This document shows positions 39,416 to 52,006 of a DNA stretch of 64,000 nucleotides, piece after piece. The DNA is taken from positions 992,001 to 1,056,000 of the forward strand of contig CAWHAE010000016.1 of assembly GCA_963827235.1 (NCBI GenBank), written 5' to 3'. Below the pieces are notes generated by a model. The model did no database searches, had not been told where the DNA came from, and was given only the letters and a program-made list of their open reading frames with translations. This DNA is from an uncultured bacterium (GTDB lineage Bacteria; Chloroflexota; UBA5177; JANWHV01). The position numbers and the translations under genes were made by a program. Numbering within the stretch: the stretch's first letter is position 1; every line of letters begins with the position of its first letter.

Positions 39416-40135
39416 ATGTCCCCGTCCATCGCCGTGTTCGGAGTCGGCCCCGGCCTCGGCCAGGCCATAGCCCGCCGCTACGCACGAGAGGGCTACACCG
39501 TTGTCCTCGTGGCTCGCCGCCAGGAGCCGCTTGATCTGCTGGCTCAGGACCTCACCAGCGCCGGGGCGACCGCGCACGTCATCACCGCCGACCTATCGGA
39601 CACCGATGCCGTGCCCCACTGGCCGAGACAGATTCGCGACGCGGTCGGCGACCCGAGCGCGTTCTACTACGGCGTCCCTGCCGGCGGGTTCATGCCGGTC
39701 GCCGCCTTGACCCCCGAACGTGCCCGGACCTTGATGCCACTCGCTGTCTACTCGCTGCTGGCCCTGGTGCAGGAGTTCCTGCCGGCCATGCTCGACCGAG
39801 GGGACGGCGCTATCCTGAGCGCGCAAGGTGGCAGCGCCGTGCACGGCAGGCCGCACATCGCCGGGGGGTTCGCTCTGGCCGCGCAGCGCAACTACCTGGA
39901 GGCGCTGCACGCCGCGGTGGCCGACCAGGGCGTCTACGTCGGCGGCCTCTACATCGGCGCAGCGATCCAGCACAGCACCTTCCACGCCCAGCGGGAGGCG
40001 GCCAGGGCGGCCGGCACCCCCGTGCCGGATACGCCCGAGGTTGACCCGGACCATCTCGCCGGCCTGCTCTGGACCATGCACCAGGCGAAGAGCCCGCCGG
40101 AAGCTACCTACCCCGAGGGTAGCTTCGACCGCTGA
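39416..40135 (+). CDS. SDR family oxidoreductase (atypical)
   Basis: VFGVGPGLGQAIARRY...LVARR; GAAGGAG RBS; divergent from the MmyB regulator. Confidence 0.85.
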   Translation: MSPSIAVFGVGPGLGQAIARRYAREGYTVVLVARRQEPLDLLAQDLTSAGATAHVITADLSDTDAVPHWPRQIRDAVGDPSAFYYGVPAGGFMPVAALTPERARTLMPLAVYSLLALVQEFLPAMLDRGDGAILSAQGGSAVHGRPHIAGGFALAAQRNYLEALHAAVADQGVYVGGLYIGAAIQHSTFHAQREAARAAGTPVPDTPEVDPDHLAGLLWTMHQAKSPPEATYPEGSFDR

Positions 40136-40241
40136 GAATGCGTCGCGCCCGTCGCGACGAAACGAACCGCCGGCGGTGATATATTCGTGGGTGCGCGAGC
40201 ACCGCACTTGCGACAGCCAATTGCCGGGAGAGGTTGTGCTC

Positions 40242-40784
40242 ATGGAGCCAGCACGCGTGCGCTTCACGGCGCGACTTCGTCTGGAGCCGGTCGGTCCACA
40301 GCATGCCGAGAGCTTGCTCCGGCTCTATCGGGACCCGCCGGTTGCCGTGTGGTTTGGCGACTGGACCCTGGAGATGGCCACGCGCGAAGTGGAACGCATG
40401 GCAGGGCACTGGGCGACCGACGGCGCCCACAAGTGGATGGCATACGACCGCCTGACCGGCGACCTGATCGGCCGTGGCGGCCTCTCGCGAGTGCAGCTGG
40501 ACGGCCGGGAACGCCTGGAGATCGGCTGGGTGCTGCATGGCCGGCACTGGGGCCACGGCTACGCGACGGAGATCGGGCAGGCCGGCATCACGTTTGCCTT
40601 CGACGAGCTGGGCGAGAATGAGATCGTCTCCTGCACCGAGACCCGCAATGCGCGATCGCGGGCTGTGATGCTGCGATTGGGCTTCCAGTTCAGCCACGAG
40701 TTTCCGCACGGCGACCCTGGCGAGCCCTTTGTGCTCTATGTGCTCCGTCGCCCGGAAGCAAGGGACGGGCATGATCATGAGTGA
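40242..40784 (+). CDS. GNAT N-acetyltransferase (RimJ/RimL type)
   Basis: TARLRLEP, EIGWVL...HWGHGYATE, NARSRAVMLRLGF. Confidence 0.88.
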   Translation: MEPARVRFTARLRLEPVGPQHAESLLRLYRDPPVAVWFGDWTLEMATREVERMAGHWATDGAHKWMAYDRLTGDLIGRGGLSRVQLDGRERLEIGWVLHGRHWGHGYATEIGQAGITFAFDELGENEIVSCTETRNARSRAVMLRLGFQFSHEFPHGDPGEPFVLYVLRRPEARDGHDHE

Positions 40785-41928
40785 GACGTCAGGAGACGAG
40801 CAGCGTCTGGTGGAGGCCGGCTATGACCGCATGGCCGACGCCTACCTGGCCGCCAAGGGCGCCAATGACCCCGTAGTGGGCGCCATGCTCGACGCGCTTA
40901 CGCCCTACCTGACACCGGCATCCAGTGTGCTCGACCTGGGCTGCGGCGCCGGCATCCCCGCCATGCAGTGGCTGGCGCGGCACTGCGCAGTCACCGGCGT
41001 CGATCTCTCGACCCGCCAGTTGGAGCTGGCACGCGTGAACGTGCCGTCTGCCCAGTTGATCAAGGCGTCCATGACCGAGATCGCCTTTCCGCCCGCGTCT
41101 TTCGACATCATCACCGCGTTCTACTCCATCATCCACGTGCCGCGTTCGGCGCAGCCGGCGCTCGTCCGGCGCATCTGGGAGTGGTTACGGCCCGGCGGTC
41201 TCTTCCTGGCGACCTGGTCACTCGAAGCCTGGGAAGGTACGGAGCCGGATTGGGAAGGGTGGAGCGCGCCGATGTGGTGGAGTCACTTCGACGCGCCGAC
41301 GAATCTTACGATGCTGCACGCCGCCGGGTTCGCGATCCCGCGCAGCGAACAGTGCACGAATGGCGCCGAGTCGTGGCTGTGGGTGCTTGCGCGCAAGCCG
41401 GCACAGGGCGAGGAGTCCGGCGCCGGGCACTCGTTGGTTGCCGCGCCTACTATCGAGCTCGCGCAGGAAGTGGACATGCCGTTCGTCTGCGACCTCGACG
41501 CCCGCGTCCTCGGCCGCGCTGATCGGGCCCGGCTCCTGGAAGAGACCGTCCGCGCCAAGCACTGCTGGGTCGCCCGCATGCCACGCAGCCTTGCCGGTTT
41601 TGCCGTCGCCGCTCCGTCCTTCTTCTCCGAGTGGTTCATCGAGCTCCTAGTCGTGGATACCGATTGGCGCCGCCAGGGGATCGGGAGTGCGCTTCTCCGG
41701 CACTGTGCAGCAACCTGTTCCGGCAAGAAGATCTTCACGTCGACAAACGCGTCGAACATACCCATGCAACGTCTGCTGGCGAGAGAGGGCTTTGAGCGAA
41801 GCGGTATCGTGGAGAATCTGAACGAGGGCGACCCAGAGCTCATCTACGTCAAGTGGCTCCTGCCCGGCCAGCGGGAGATGGACGGTCACAATGCCGACCA
41901 AGATCACGGCTCGGGCAGGACACGATGA
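40771..41928 (+). CDS. Class I SAM methyltransferase fused to a GNAT acetyltransferase
   Basis: VLDLGCGAG, GVDLS, YSIIHVP, LRPGG; then IELLVVDTDWRRQGIGSALL, FTSTNASN. Confidence 0.85.
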   Translation: MIMSETSGDEQRLVEAGYDRMADAYLAAKGANDPVVGAMLDALTPYLTPASSVLDLGCGAGIPAMQWLARHCAVTGVDLSTRQLELARVNVPSAQLIKASMTEIAFPPASFDIITAFYSIIHVPRSAQPALVRRIWEWLRPGGLFLATWSLEAWEGTEPDWEGWSAPMWWSHFDAPTNLTMLHAAGFAIPRSEQCTNGAESWLWVLARKPAQGEESGAGHSLVAAPTIELAQEVDMPFVCDLDARVLGRADRARLLEETVRAKHCWVARMPRSLAGFAVAAPSFFSEWFIELLVVDTDWRRQGIGSALLRHCAATCSGKKIFTSTNASNIPMQRLLAREGFERSGIVENLNEGDPELIYVKWLLPGQREMDGHNADQDHGSGRTR

Positions 41929-42644
41929 GAAGACTCACGAGAACACCCTTGCGGGTATCCGGCGGGTCGCGGCTGCGGGCGCCGAGCGTGTCGAGCTCGA
42001 CGTGCACGAGTCTGCTGATGGGCACTTGTTCCTGCACCACTACGAGCTGGGACACACCGATGACGGCTCCGGTCTTAACTACGAACGCCCAGGTGTGTAT
42101 CTGCGGACCCTGGACGCGGGAAGCTGGTTTGCTCCTGCCTTCAGCGGCGAACGGATGCCGCTGCTCGAGGATGCGTTCGACATCCTTGGGGACAGCGTCG
42201 AGTACGAGCTCGACCTCAAAGGCTTCACGCCCATGTTCGTCCCGGCCGTCCTGCGGCTCGTGAGCGATCGGGGGCTGCTCCGCCAAACCGAGTTCACCGT
42301 CCTTCTTCCAGGTCGTTCTGTCCCGCATCAAGCGCGAAGAGCCAATGGCGATGACTGGAATGTTCGCCGACGCGCTGGTGCAGGCCTGGATGCCGCCCGC
42401 CGCCATGCAGGCGGAGGTGCGGCACTTGGCAGCGCTCTGCAGCGTCGCCGTCGTGCATCACAAGGTGGATCGATTGACGCCGGCCTACGTCGCGGCGTTG
42501 CGCCAAGATAGGTGCTGGGTACACGCATCGAACTGCAACTCGGAGGCGGATCTTGACCACGCCTTGTCGCTGGGCGTGGACCAACTCTCAACTGACCGGC
42601 TCGGCATGGCGCTCCGGGTACGCGCCAGGCGGCACACCGAGTGA
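41891..42644 (+). pseudogene. Glycerophosphodiester phosphodiesterase pseudogene
   Basis: ENTLAG, VELDVHESADG, ELDLK; frameshift near 42300; C-terminal GVDQLSTDR; the N-terminal AHRG motif is degenerate. Confidence 0.78.
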
Positions 42645-42909
42645 CCGCTGCGTGCTTCATCTGCCGACCGTGAACACGCGAGTGGTGGTCGGCTTCTCCT
42701 TCGCGACCAGGGGCGGCAGTTGGCAACTGTACTGCACGCGTCCGACCCCGGATCCCGCCAACCCATGCCGATGCTCAGGGGCGCCAAGCTCTATCAGAAT
42801 CGCTTCGCCAACAACATTGCCGCTCATGTGCTCGGCCCTGACACTATCGGCATAAAGTACTCGAGCTGGCGGCGATCGCGCGCTACCCTTGTCTTGGGAG
42901 TGTGATTCG

Positions 42910-43506
42910 ATGCAAGACGTCCAGGTTGTGACTGCTGTCGACCAACGATCGCGGCTGGATCAGATACTCCTCGGTAGCACCTGGTTCATGGCTGTGCTCG
43001 CGGCTGTTCGAGCCTGCAATCCGCCAGACTGGTACGTGGGCGGTGGGGTCATTCGGTCAGTCGTGTGGGATAGCCTACACGGGTATGTGAAGCCGACGCC
43101 GCTCGCCGACGTGGACGTAGGGTTCTTCGATCCGGCCGATCTGAACCCCGAGCGCGACAAGAGGGTGGAAGCCGCTCTCAGCGCATTGCGACCCGACGTG
43201 CCCTGGCAGGCCAAGAACCAGGCCGCCGTCCACCTCTGGTACGAGCGCGTGTTCGGCTACGCCGTCGCGGCTCTGCACTCGACCGAAGAAGCCATCGGCA
43301 CGTTCCCGGAGACCGTCACGAGCATTGGCGTGCGCCTGCGGCCGGATGGGGAGCTGGAGGTCGTAGCTCCATGCGGGCTGGACGACCTGCTGCACATGGT
43401 TCTGCGGCGGAACCCCCGGCGGGTGACCGTGGAGCGATTCCGTCAGCGTCTGGCTGAGAAGCAGATCTGCGAGAAATGGCCGCGCGCGCGGGTCATCGAC
43501 GGCTGA
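42910..43506 (+). CDS. Nucleotidyltransferase family protein (DUF925-like)
   Basis: WYVGGGVIRSVVWD, DVDVGFFD, KNQAAVH, FPET, APCGLDDL, KWP. Confidence 0.85.
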   Translation: MQDVQVVTAVDQRSRLDQILLGSTWFMAVLAAVRACNPPDWYVGGGVIRSVVWDSLHGYVKPTPLADVDVGFFDPADLNPERDKRVEAALSALRPDVPWQAKNQAAVHLWYERVFGYAVAALHSTEEAIGTFPETVTSIGVRLRPDGELEVVAPCGLDDLLHMVLRRNPRRVTVERFRQRLAEKQICEKWPRARVIDG

Positions 43507-43712
43507 GGTTGAGTGCCTAGACAGGCGGACCTGCTGCGCTCAGCGCTGCGATGCGACGAGTGTCTAGGCACGGATGCCACCGACTCACCGCCACTGCAGC
43601 CATGCACCGTGGGGATCGGTCCAAGCCGCCGGCGCGACGTCATTGCTCAGCACGAACTGGCCCCAGTGCGCGGCCAGCTCCTCGATGCCAATCTTCCGCC
43701 GCAGCTCTCTAG

Positions 43713-44365
43713 GTGTGGCAGGCTGGCCCGGGCACGCGGTCGAACATGAACGTCACTGAGGTGATTGCCAATCGGGCCATTCAGCTTGCCGGGGGCACGC
43801 TGGGCACCAAGACGCCGATCCATCCCAACGACGACGTCAACATGTCGCAGTCCTCCAACGACATGCTCCCGACGGCGATGCACATCGCCACGGTGCTGGA
43901 GTTCTCTACCTACCTCGCGCCCGCGTTGAAGCCCTTGCCGAGGCCATGTGGGCCAAGGCCGTGGCATGGGTTGACCTGATCAAGATCGGTCGCACCCACC
44001 GGGAGGACGCCACCCCCCCTGGGACGGGAATGGAGTGGGTACGTCACCCAGCTGCGGGATGCGTTGGAGATGGTGAAAGCATCGCTTACGGGGCTATGCA
44101 AGCTGGCAGCGGGCGGCACGGCGGTGGGCACCGGGATCAACACCCTGCCTGACTTCGGTCCCAAGATCGCGGTAGAGATGGCAGCACTGACCGGTCAGCC
44201 GTTCGTCACGGCGCCCCACAAGTTCGCCGCACAGGGGTCGCTCGACGCCATGGTCAACGCCGGCGCGCGCAGGGCCGCGCTGGCGATGGCGCTGATGAAG
44301 ACCGCCAACGACCTCCGTTGGCTGGGCTCGGGCCCCCGCTGTGGCCTGCACGAGCTGAACCTTCC
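43713..44365 (+). pseudogene. fumC: Fumarate hydratase class II internal fragment
   Basis: [58 protein letters not shown]; frameshifted and truncated at both ends. Confidence 0.88.
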
Positions 44366-44914
44366 ACCGCCCACATCACCGGCAATCTGGTCATCCTTGC
44401 CGCTCACAGCATCCCCGGTGAGAAGGCGAGGCTGGCGTTGTTGCTGGCGGTTCCGGTCTTCATCCTGGTGCCCGCTCTGGCGAGACTGCTGGCGGCCGGC
44501 CTGGGCGCGGTCGGACGCGCCTCGTTGCGGCCGTTCCTGCTGCTGTAATTCGTGCTGCTCGTCGGATTCTGTGCCCTCTGTCTAGCCGCCGGCCCGCGTA
44601 TCCACCCGAGCGCACCCAAAGCACTGCTCGCCGTCGCGGCGATGGCGGTGCAGAACGCGCTGGCGCAGACCGCGCTGCAGGGGGCGCCGAGCACCGCGGT
44701 CATGACCACCAACGTCACGCGGTTCACGATGGACATCGGGGACGTGCTGCTGGGGCGCGACCCGGCCGAGGTAGCCAGGGCGCGCGCCCGAGAGCAGCAC
44801 GCCTGGCCGGCGATCCTCGGCTACACTGCCGCCAGCGACCGCTGGTCCCTAGCGCTGCCCGGCGGCCTTGCCCTGTGCGCCCTGGCGCTGGGCCCGTATG
44901 GCACACACAAGTAG
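44366..44914 (+). pseudogene. YoaK/DUF1275 membrane protein fragment
   Basis: TAHITGNLVIL, in-frame TAA at 44546-44548, AMAVQNA, STAVMTTN; 5' end missing. Confidence 0.78.
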
Positions 44915-44928
44915 GGGAGACGACACCT

Positions 44929-45103
44929 ATGAGCAGTTCGGTGGCAGACCTTGTCGTCGAAGCGCTTGGGCGTGCCGGTGTGCGGCGGAGCCGCGGCGTC
45001 CCTGGAGACTCCCTCAACGCTATCACCGATCATGTCCGCACCAGGCGTGAGATACAGCGGGCCCATTTGCAGCACGACGAGACGGCCACCATCGCCACCG
45101 GGG
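44929..45103 (+). pseudogene. poxB: Pyruvate oxidase/dehydrogenase (PoxB-like) N-terminal fragment
   Basis: VADLVVEALGRAGVRR..GVPGDSLNAITD...HDETA; homology is lost after ~58 aa. Confidence 0.72.
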
Positions 45104-45269
45104 TGAGTGTCGGCGGTAACCCAATGCAGTGGTCACTGAATGTCTATACGGTCGGACTTGGCCGGCTCAGCCGCCTACGGGTTCGGCGATCGCAGTGCCC
45201 AGCGGGATCGCGCGGTCGTAGGCACAAGTTCTGGGAGGGCGAGCTCCGCCACTTGCCAATCCAGCCAGC

Positions 45270-46024
<755 letters not shown>

Positions 46025-46054
46025 ACGCGACAAAGCAAGAAAGGGAAGATCTGT

Positions 46055-47071
46055 ATGCGAGGAGCCATCATTTATGGTGCCGGGGACGTGCGCTATGAGG
46101 ATCGCGCCGACCCGCAGATCGTCGAACCAACTGATGCCGTCGTTCGCACGGTGGCTACGTGCATTTGCGGATCGGACCTCTGGCGCTACCGGGGAATTGA
46201 CCCGGTTCCGCGCCCCACACCCTTCGGCCACGAGTACTGCGGCATCGTGGAGCAGACCGGCAACTCCGTCACCACCCTCAGACCCGGACAGTTCGTGGTC
46301 GGCGGCTTCCTGGCATCGGATGGAACATGTCCCAACTGCCGCTATGGTGTCCACTCCGCTTGTGTGCAGGTGCGCGGCTACGACGGCTGCCAGGCCGAGA
46401 TTATCCGGATCCCGTTCGCCGACGGCACACTGGTGGCGACACGCGAACAGCCGCCGGACGACCTCATTCCGAGCCTCCTGGCGCTCTCCGACGTGATGGC
46501 TACCGGCTGGCACGCCGCGGTCTCGGCGGGAGTCCGCCCGGGCATGACCGTGGCGGTCGTCGGCGACGGTGCAGTAGGGCTGTGCGGCGTGCTGGCCGCG
46601 GCTACTCTGGGTGCCGCGCGCGTGATCGCCATGAGCCGGCACACCTCGCGCCAGCAACTGGCTCGCGCGTTCGGCGCCACGGACATCGTAGCCGAGCGAG
46701 GTGACGCGGGCATTGCCCGCATCCGCGAGATGACCGAGGGCGTGGGCGCCGATGCGGTCCTAGAGTGCGTAGGCACCGGCGAAGCGGAGCTGCAGGCCCT
46801 GCGGGCCACCCGCCCGGGAGGCATGGTGGGCTGGGTCGGCGTCCCACACGACGCGGAGTTCTCCATGCAAGATTCGTTCTGGCGGAATGTAGGCGTGCGC
46901 GGCGGCCCAGCGCCCGTCCGGCACTACTTGCCCGCCCTCATGGAGCGCGTCTGGAACCGCCAGATTGACCCCGGCAAGGTCTTCGATCTGACGCTCCCCC
47001 TCGCGCAGGTAGCTGAGGGCTACCGCGCCATGGATGAGCGCCGAGCCATCAAGGTGCTGCTGCGCCCGTAA
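46055..47071 (+). CDS. Zinc-dependent alcohol dehydrogenase (MDR)
   Basis: CICGSD, GHE, CPNC, GDGAVG. Confidence 0.93.
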   Translation: MRGAIIYGAGDVRYEDRADPQIVEPTDAVVRTVATCICGSDLWRYRGIDPVPRPTPFGHEYCGIVEQTGNSVTTLRPGQFVVGGFLASDGTCPNCRYGVHSACVQVRGYDGCQAEIIRIPFADGTLVATREQPPDDLIPSLLALSDVMATGWHAAVSAGVRPGMTVAVVGDGAVGLCGVLAAATLGAARVIAMSRHTSRQQLARAFGATDIVAERGDAGIARIREMTEGVGADAVLECVGTGEAELQALRATRPGGMVGWVGVPHDAEFSMQDSFWRNVGVRGGPAPVRHYLPALMERVWNRQIDPGKVFDLTLPLAQVAEGYRAMDERRAIKVLLRP

Positions 47072-47316
47072 CGCCACGCGTCTCATGCAGGAGATGAGGA
47101 GAATGACAGTGCAGAAGTGCACGCCGGGCACCCTGTAAGTCTCGGCCGTTGGTCGTCGAGCGCTACTGGTGACACGGTCGTAAGACGGAGTCAATCACGG
47201 TCACACCAAGGAGACGGACATTCAGATAATCAGGAATAGCCTCGCGACCACGGCGGGACCGCGCGATGGCCGCGGGCGAGGCGCTCAAGGTCCTTGTTCA
47301 GCCCTGAAACGAGTGA

Positions 47317-48333
<1,017 letters not shown>

Positions 48334-48461
48334 CGGCCGGTACAAGCGTGTAGGCCGCGCCGCCACACAAGGGGGCAATGCCATGAAGTCGGATGTGCTC
48401 GCCATCAGCGGGGCCGGAGGAATCGGGCGAGCGACGAGAACGGAGACTGCGAGAACCTGCA

Positions 48462-49265
48462 ATGACCATCACCGAACGAGCACGTGCGACCCATGAAGAG
48501 TTCTTCCCCGGTCACGTGTCGACCCTCCAGGTCACGGATCCCGAGCTGATCGAGTGCTTCGATAACTTCGCCTTCGACGAGGTGCTCAGTCACGGCAATC
48601 TGGACACCAGGACCCGGCTCATGGTGCAGCTGGCGGCGCTGATCGCATGCCAGGCCCTGGGTGAGTACCGGGTCATGCTGGGCGCGGCGCTAGCCGTCGG
48701 CGTCACGCCCGTTGAGATTAAAGAGATCGTCTATCAGGCAGTCCCCTACGTGGGCGCGGGCAAAGTGTTCGAGTTCATCCACACCACCAACGACGCGCTC
48801 ATCGAGCGAGGTGTCGCGCTGCCCATGCCGGGCCAGTCCACGACCACGCCGGAGAACCGCGCCGAGAAGGGTCTGGCAGTCCAGAAGCAGATCGTCGGCA
48901 GCGAGCGCGTCGAGCAGCTCTACGCCTCGGCACCCGTCGATCAGCAGCACATGCAGCGCTACCTGTCGGCAAACTGCTTTGGGGACCATCTCACCCGCAA
49001 GGGCATCGACGTACCCACACGCGAGCTGCTCACCCTGAGCATGCTCGTGGCGCTCGGAGGCTGCGACGCACAGGTCAAGGGCCACGTCGCCGCCAATCTC
49101 CACGTGGGCAATGGCCGAGCGCGGCTCATCGACGTCGTGACCCAGTTGTTGCCCTTCATCGGCTATCCTCGCACGCTCAACGGCCTGCGGGCCATCGACG
49201 AGATCGTCCCAACGAGCCCGGCCGGGAGTGCGACGCACCACGATAACGAGAAGGCGGCGACATGA
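48462..49265 (+). CDS. Carboxymuconolactone decarboxylase family protein (tandem CMD domains)
   Basis: TDPE...FDNFAF, EIKEIVYQAVPYVG, NCFGD, LPFIGYPRTLN. Confidence 0.88.
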   Translation: MTITERARATHEEFFPGHVSTLQVTDPELIECFDNFAFDEVLSHGNLDTRTRLMVQLAALIACQALGEYRVMLGAALAVGVTPVEIKEIVYQAVPYVGAGKVFEFIHTTNDALIERGVALPMPGQSTTTPENRAEKGLAVQKQIVGSERVEQLYASAPVDQQHMQRYLSANCFGDHLTRKGIDVPTRELLTLSMLVALGGCDAQVKGHVAANLHVGNGRARLIDVVTQLLPFIGYPRTLNGLRAIDEIVPTSPAGSATHHDNEKAAT

Positions 49266-50071
49266 ACGTCCCCCGCATGACGGTGCTGGTGGTCGGCGCG
49301 ACCGGCAGCATCGGGCGCCTTGTCGTCGAGGAGGCGGTCGGGCAGGGATACGTCGTACGAGCCCTGGTCCGCGATCCTGGCAAAGCGCGGCAGCTTCCGG
49401 CGGCTGCGCAGGTCGTCGTCGGGGACGTCACCCAGCCCGCGTCCCTGGTTGAGGCGGCGAGTGGGATTGACGCCGTGGTGTTCACGCTCGGTTCCGACGG
49501 CGCCGGCAAGATCGGGGCGGAGACCATCGACTACGGCGGGGTGCGGAACGTGCTGGTTGCGCTCGGTGGGCGACGCGTGCGCGTGGCGCTCATGACCGCC
49601 ATCGGCGTCACCGACCGCACCGGCCGGTACAACCGCGCCACCGAGGCGCACGACTGGAAGCGGCGCGCCGAACGGCTCGTGCGAGCCAGCGGGCTGTCCT
49701 ACGCGATCGTCCGCCCCGGCTGGTTCGACTACAACCGGCCGGACCAGCAGCAGCTTGTCCTACTCCAGGGCGACACCCGCCATGCGGGCGACCCCGGCGA
49801 CGGCGTGGTGGCGCGGCGACAGATCGCCGAGGTGCTCGTCCGCAGCCTGGCCTCGGACGCGGCCGACCGCAAGACGTTCGAGCTGGTCGCCGAACGCGGG
49901 CCGGCGCCCAAGGGGCCCGAAGACTTCGACGCGCTGTTTGCCGCGTTGGCGGCGGACCCGCCCGGAGCGCTAGACGCCGTCCGCGACGCGCCGAATATGC
50001 CGTTCGATAAGGAGCCGGAGCGAGTCCGGCAGGATCTCCGGCGGCTCGCGGAACAGGAGACTGGCGGGTAG
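49262..50071 (+). CDS. Atypical SDR / NAD(P)H-binding protein
   Basis: LVVGATGSIG, IDYGGVRNV, WKRRAERL, IVRPGW. Confidence 0.9.
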   Translation: MNVPRMTVLVVGATGSIGRLVVEEAVGQGYVVRALVRDPGKARQLPAAAQVVVGDVTQPASLVEAASGIDAVVFTLGSDGAGKIGAETIDYGGVRNVLVALGGRRVRVALMTAIGVTDRTGRYNRATEAHDWKRRAERLVRASGLSYAIVRPGWFDYNRPDQQQLVLLQGDTRHAGDPGDGVVARRQIAEVLVRSLASDAADRKTFELVAERGPAPKGPEDFDALFAALAADPPGALDAVRDAPNMPFDKEPERVRQDLRRLAEQETGG

Positions 50072-50193
50072 CGCCGGCCGCCACCCAAGGACCCGCTTCC
50101 GGGGCCTTCAGGTACACGGGCCCGCATCGCGGGCCACTACACCAAGGCGAGCCCCGCATCTTGGGGCGCGCAACGCCCACGAAAGGAGTCGAA

Positions 50194-51033
50194 ATGCCAA
50201 GCGTTATTGTCGTCATCGGATCTGGTCAGATCGGTCAAGCCGTTGCGCGGCGGATCGGTGTCGGAAAGCACGTCTTGCTGGCCGACCTGCGGCAGGACAA
50301 CGCCGATGCGGCGGCGGAGGTACTCGGGAACGCAGGATATGACGCGAGCACCGCGACCGTCGACGTCTCCTCGCGTGACGCGGTGCACGCGCTCGTCGAC
50401 AAGGCGACGGGACTCGGCGACGTCACCGGGCTGATCCACGCTGCCGGTGTCTCGCCCACGCAGGCCTCGCCGGCGACGATCCTCAAAGTCGATCTGTACG
50501 GCACGGCGCTCGTGCTGGAAGCGTTCGGCGCCGTTGTCGCTCGGGGTGGGTCCGGCGTCGTCATCTCGTCGCAGTCGGGACATCGCCTCCCCCCGCTCAC
50601 CGTCGAGCAGAACAGGGCGCTGGCCACCACGCCCGTGGAGGAACTGCTCAGTCTGCCCTTCCTGCAGCCCGACCAGGTGACGGATTCTCTCCATGCATAC
50701 CAGCTCTCCAAGCGCGGGAACTCGCTGCGCGTGATGGCCGAGGCGGTGCGCTGGGGCAAGCGTGGCGCGCGGGTGAACACGATCAGCCCGGGCATCGTCA
50801 TGACCCCACTCGCGAAGGACGAGCTCGGCGGCCCGCGCGGGGAAGGGTACCGGCGCATGATCGAGGGGTCGATGGCCGGGCGCGCCGGCACGCCGGACGA
50901 AGTGGGGACGGTCGGCGCGCTGCTCATGGGCCCGGACGGGGGATTCATCACCGGCAGCGACATCCTCATGGACGGCGGGGTGACCGCCGGCTACTGGTAC
51001 GGCGACCTCGCCGAAGTGCGAGGTCAGCAATAG
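50194..51033 (+). CDS. SDR family oxidoreductase
   Basis: AAGGAG RBS; IGSGQIG, HAAGVSP, YQLSK, VNTISPG, MDGG. Confidence 0.9.
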   Translation: MPSVIVVIGSGQIGQAVARRIGVGKHVLLADLRQDNADAAAEVLGNAGYDASTATVDVSSRDAVHALVDKATGLGDVTGLIHAAGVSPTQASPATILKVDLYGTALVLEAFGAVVARGGSGVVISSQSGHRLPPLTVEQNRALATTPVEELLSLPFLQPDQVTDSLHAYQLSKRGNSLRVMAEAVRWGKRGARVNTISPGIVMTPLAKDELGGPRGEGYRRMIEGSMAGRAGTPDEVGTVGALLMGPDGGFITGSDILMDGGVTAGYWYGDLAEVRGQQ

Positions 51034-51348
51034 GCCCCCAGCTGGCCGATCGAGCAACCCGGGCCGGCCCGACCAAGACAGCCGGCTTGGCCCTGTTCTC
51101 GCCTCGCGAACGGTTGGTCCGCCAGTTCCCTGGCGAACACGGCCACGGGCAGGAAGCGTTTGCCGCGGCACGGGATGCCGGCTCTGCGATGCCCTTGGAG
51201 CAGGCCATCTCTGCCGCATCCCACAACCTCCCGGCTGAGAATGATCCCTAAATTATGGTGAGATGCGTCCTCGTCGGCATCATGCGCGTGGCCGTGGCCG
51301 TGGCCGTGGGCAGGGCCTTACTTCTTGATCCGCCTAGAAGGCCGGTCG

Positions 51349-51994
51349 CTACATGGCCAAAGGCACGCGTATGGGCATGTGCTCCAGGTTGGAGTGCTCG
51401 GCAGCGAAGATGATTTTGCGCGTCTTCACCGCGTCCTTAATGTCCGGCATCGGGGTCCGGTCGTGCACGATGCAGTCCACGAAGTGGTCAACCTCGCCTT
51501 GGAACGGGTGGTGCGTGACCTCCGCCGTGTCCGGCATGACGCTGGGCACCTTCGCCCAGCCGGTCTACCGGTCGAGCAAATCTGCATACAAGCGGTTCTG
51601 CACCAGGGTACCCTCGCCCGTACAGACGCACCAGGAAGCTGTACGGGACGTTCCCCTCCACGATGCTGGCCACCGTGCCGGGTTGCCGTCCGCGAAGTGC
51701 AGCAGCAGGACCACCGTGGCGTCGTACTCGCACTCGCCGGTGAAGCTGCCTGCGAAGCACATCACCTCGTCCACCTCACCGGGCATGAACCGGCCCGATG
51801 CATCCGCCGGACACCAACAACGAGCCGCCACACTCCTGCTTGGTTCGTGTCCGGTCATGCCTGGCGTCCCAGTTGGGCCGACTGCCGCTCACGTACCCGG
51901 TCTCTTCGTAGAACGACGTCCCAAGGACATCGTTGCGGATCAGCGACTTGACCGTGTCGAAGAAGGGACTCCAGTGCAGCACCAAGCCCGCCAC
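51349..51994 (-). pseudogene. Gfo/Idh/MocA oxidoreductase C-terminal remnant
   Basis: LHWSPFF...GGSLLVSGGC...HHPFQGEVDHFVDCI...DAVKT across several frames. Confidence 0.68.
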
Positions 51995-52006
51995 GCTCTT
52001 TGGCCC

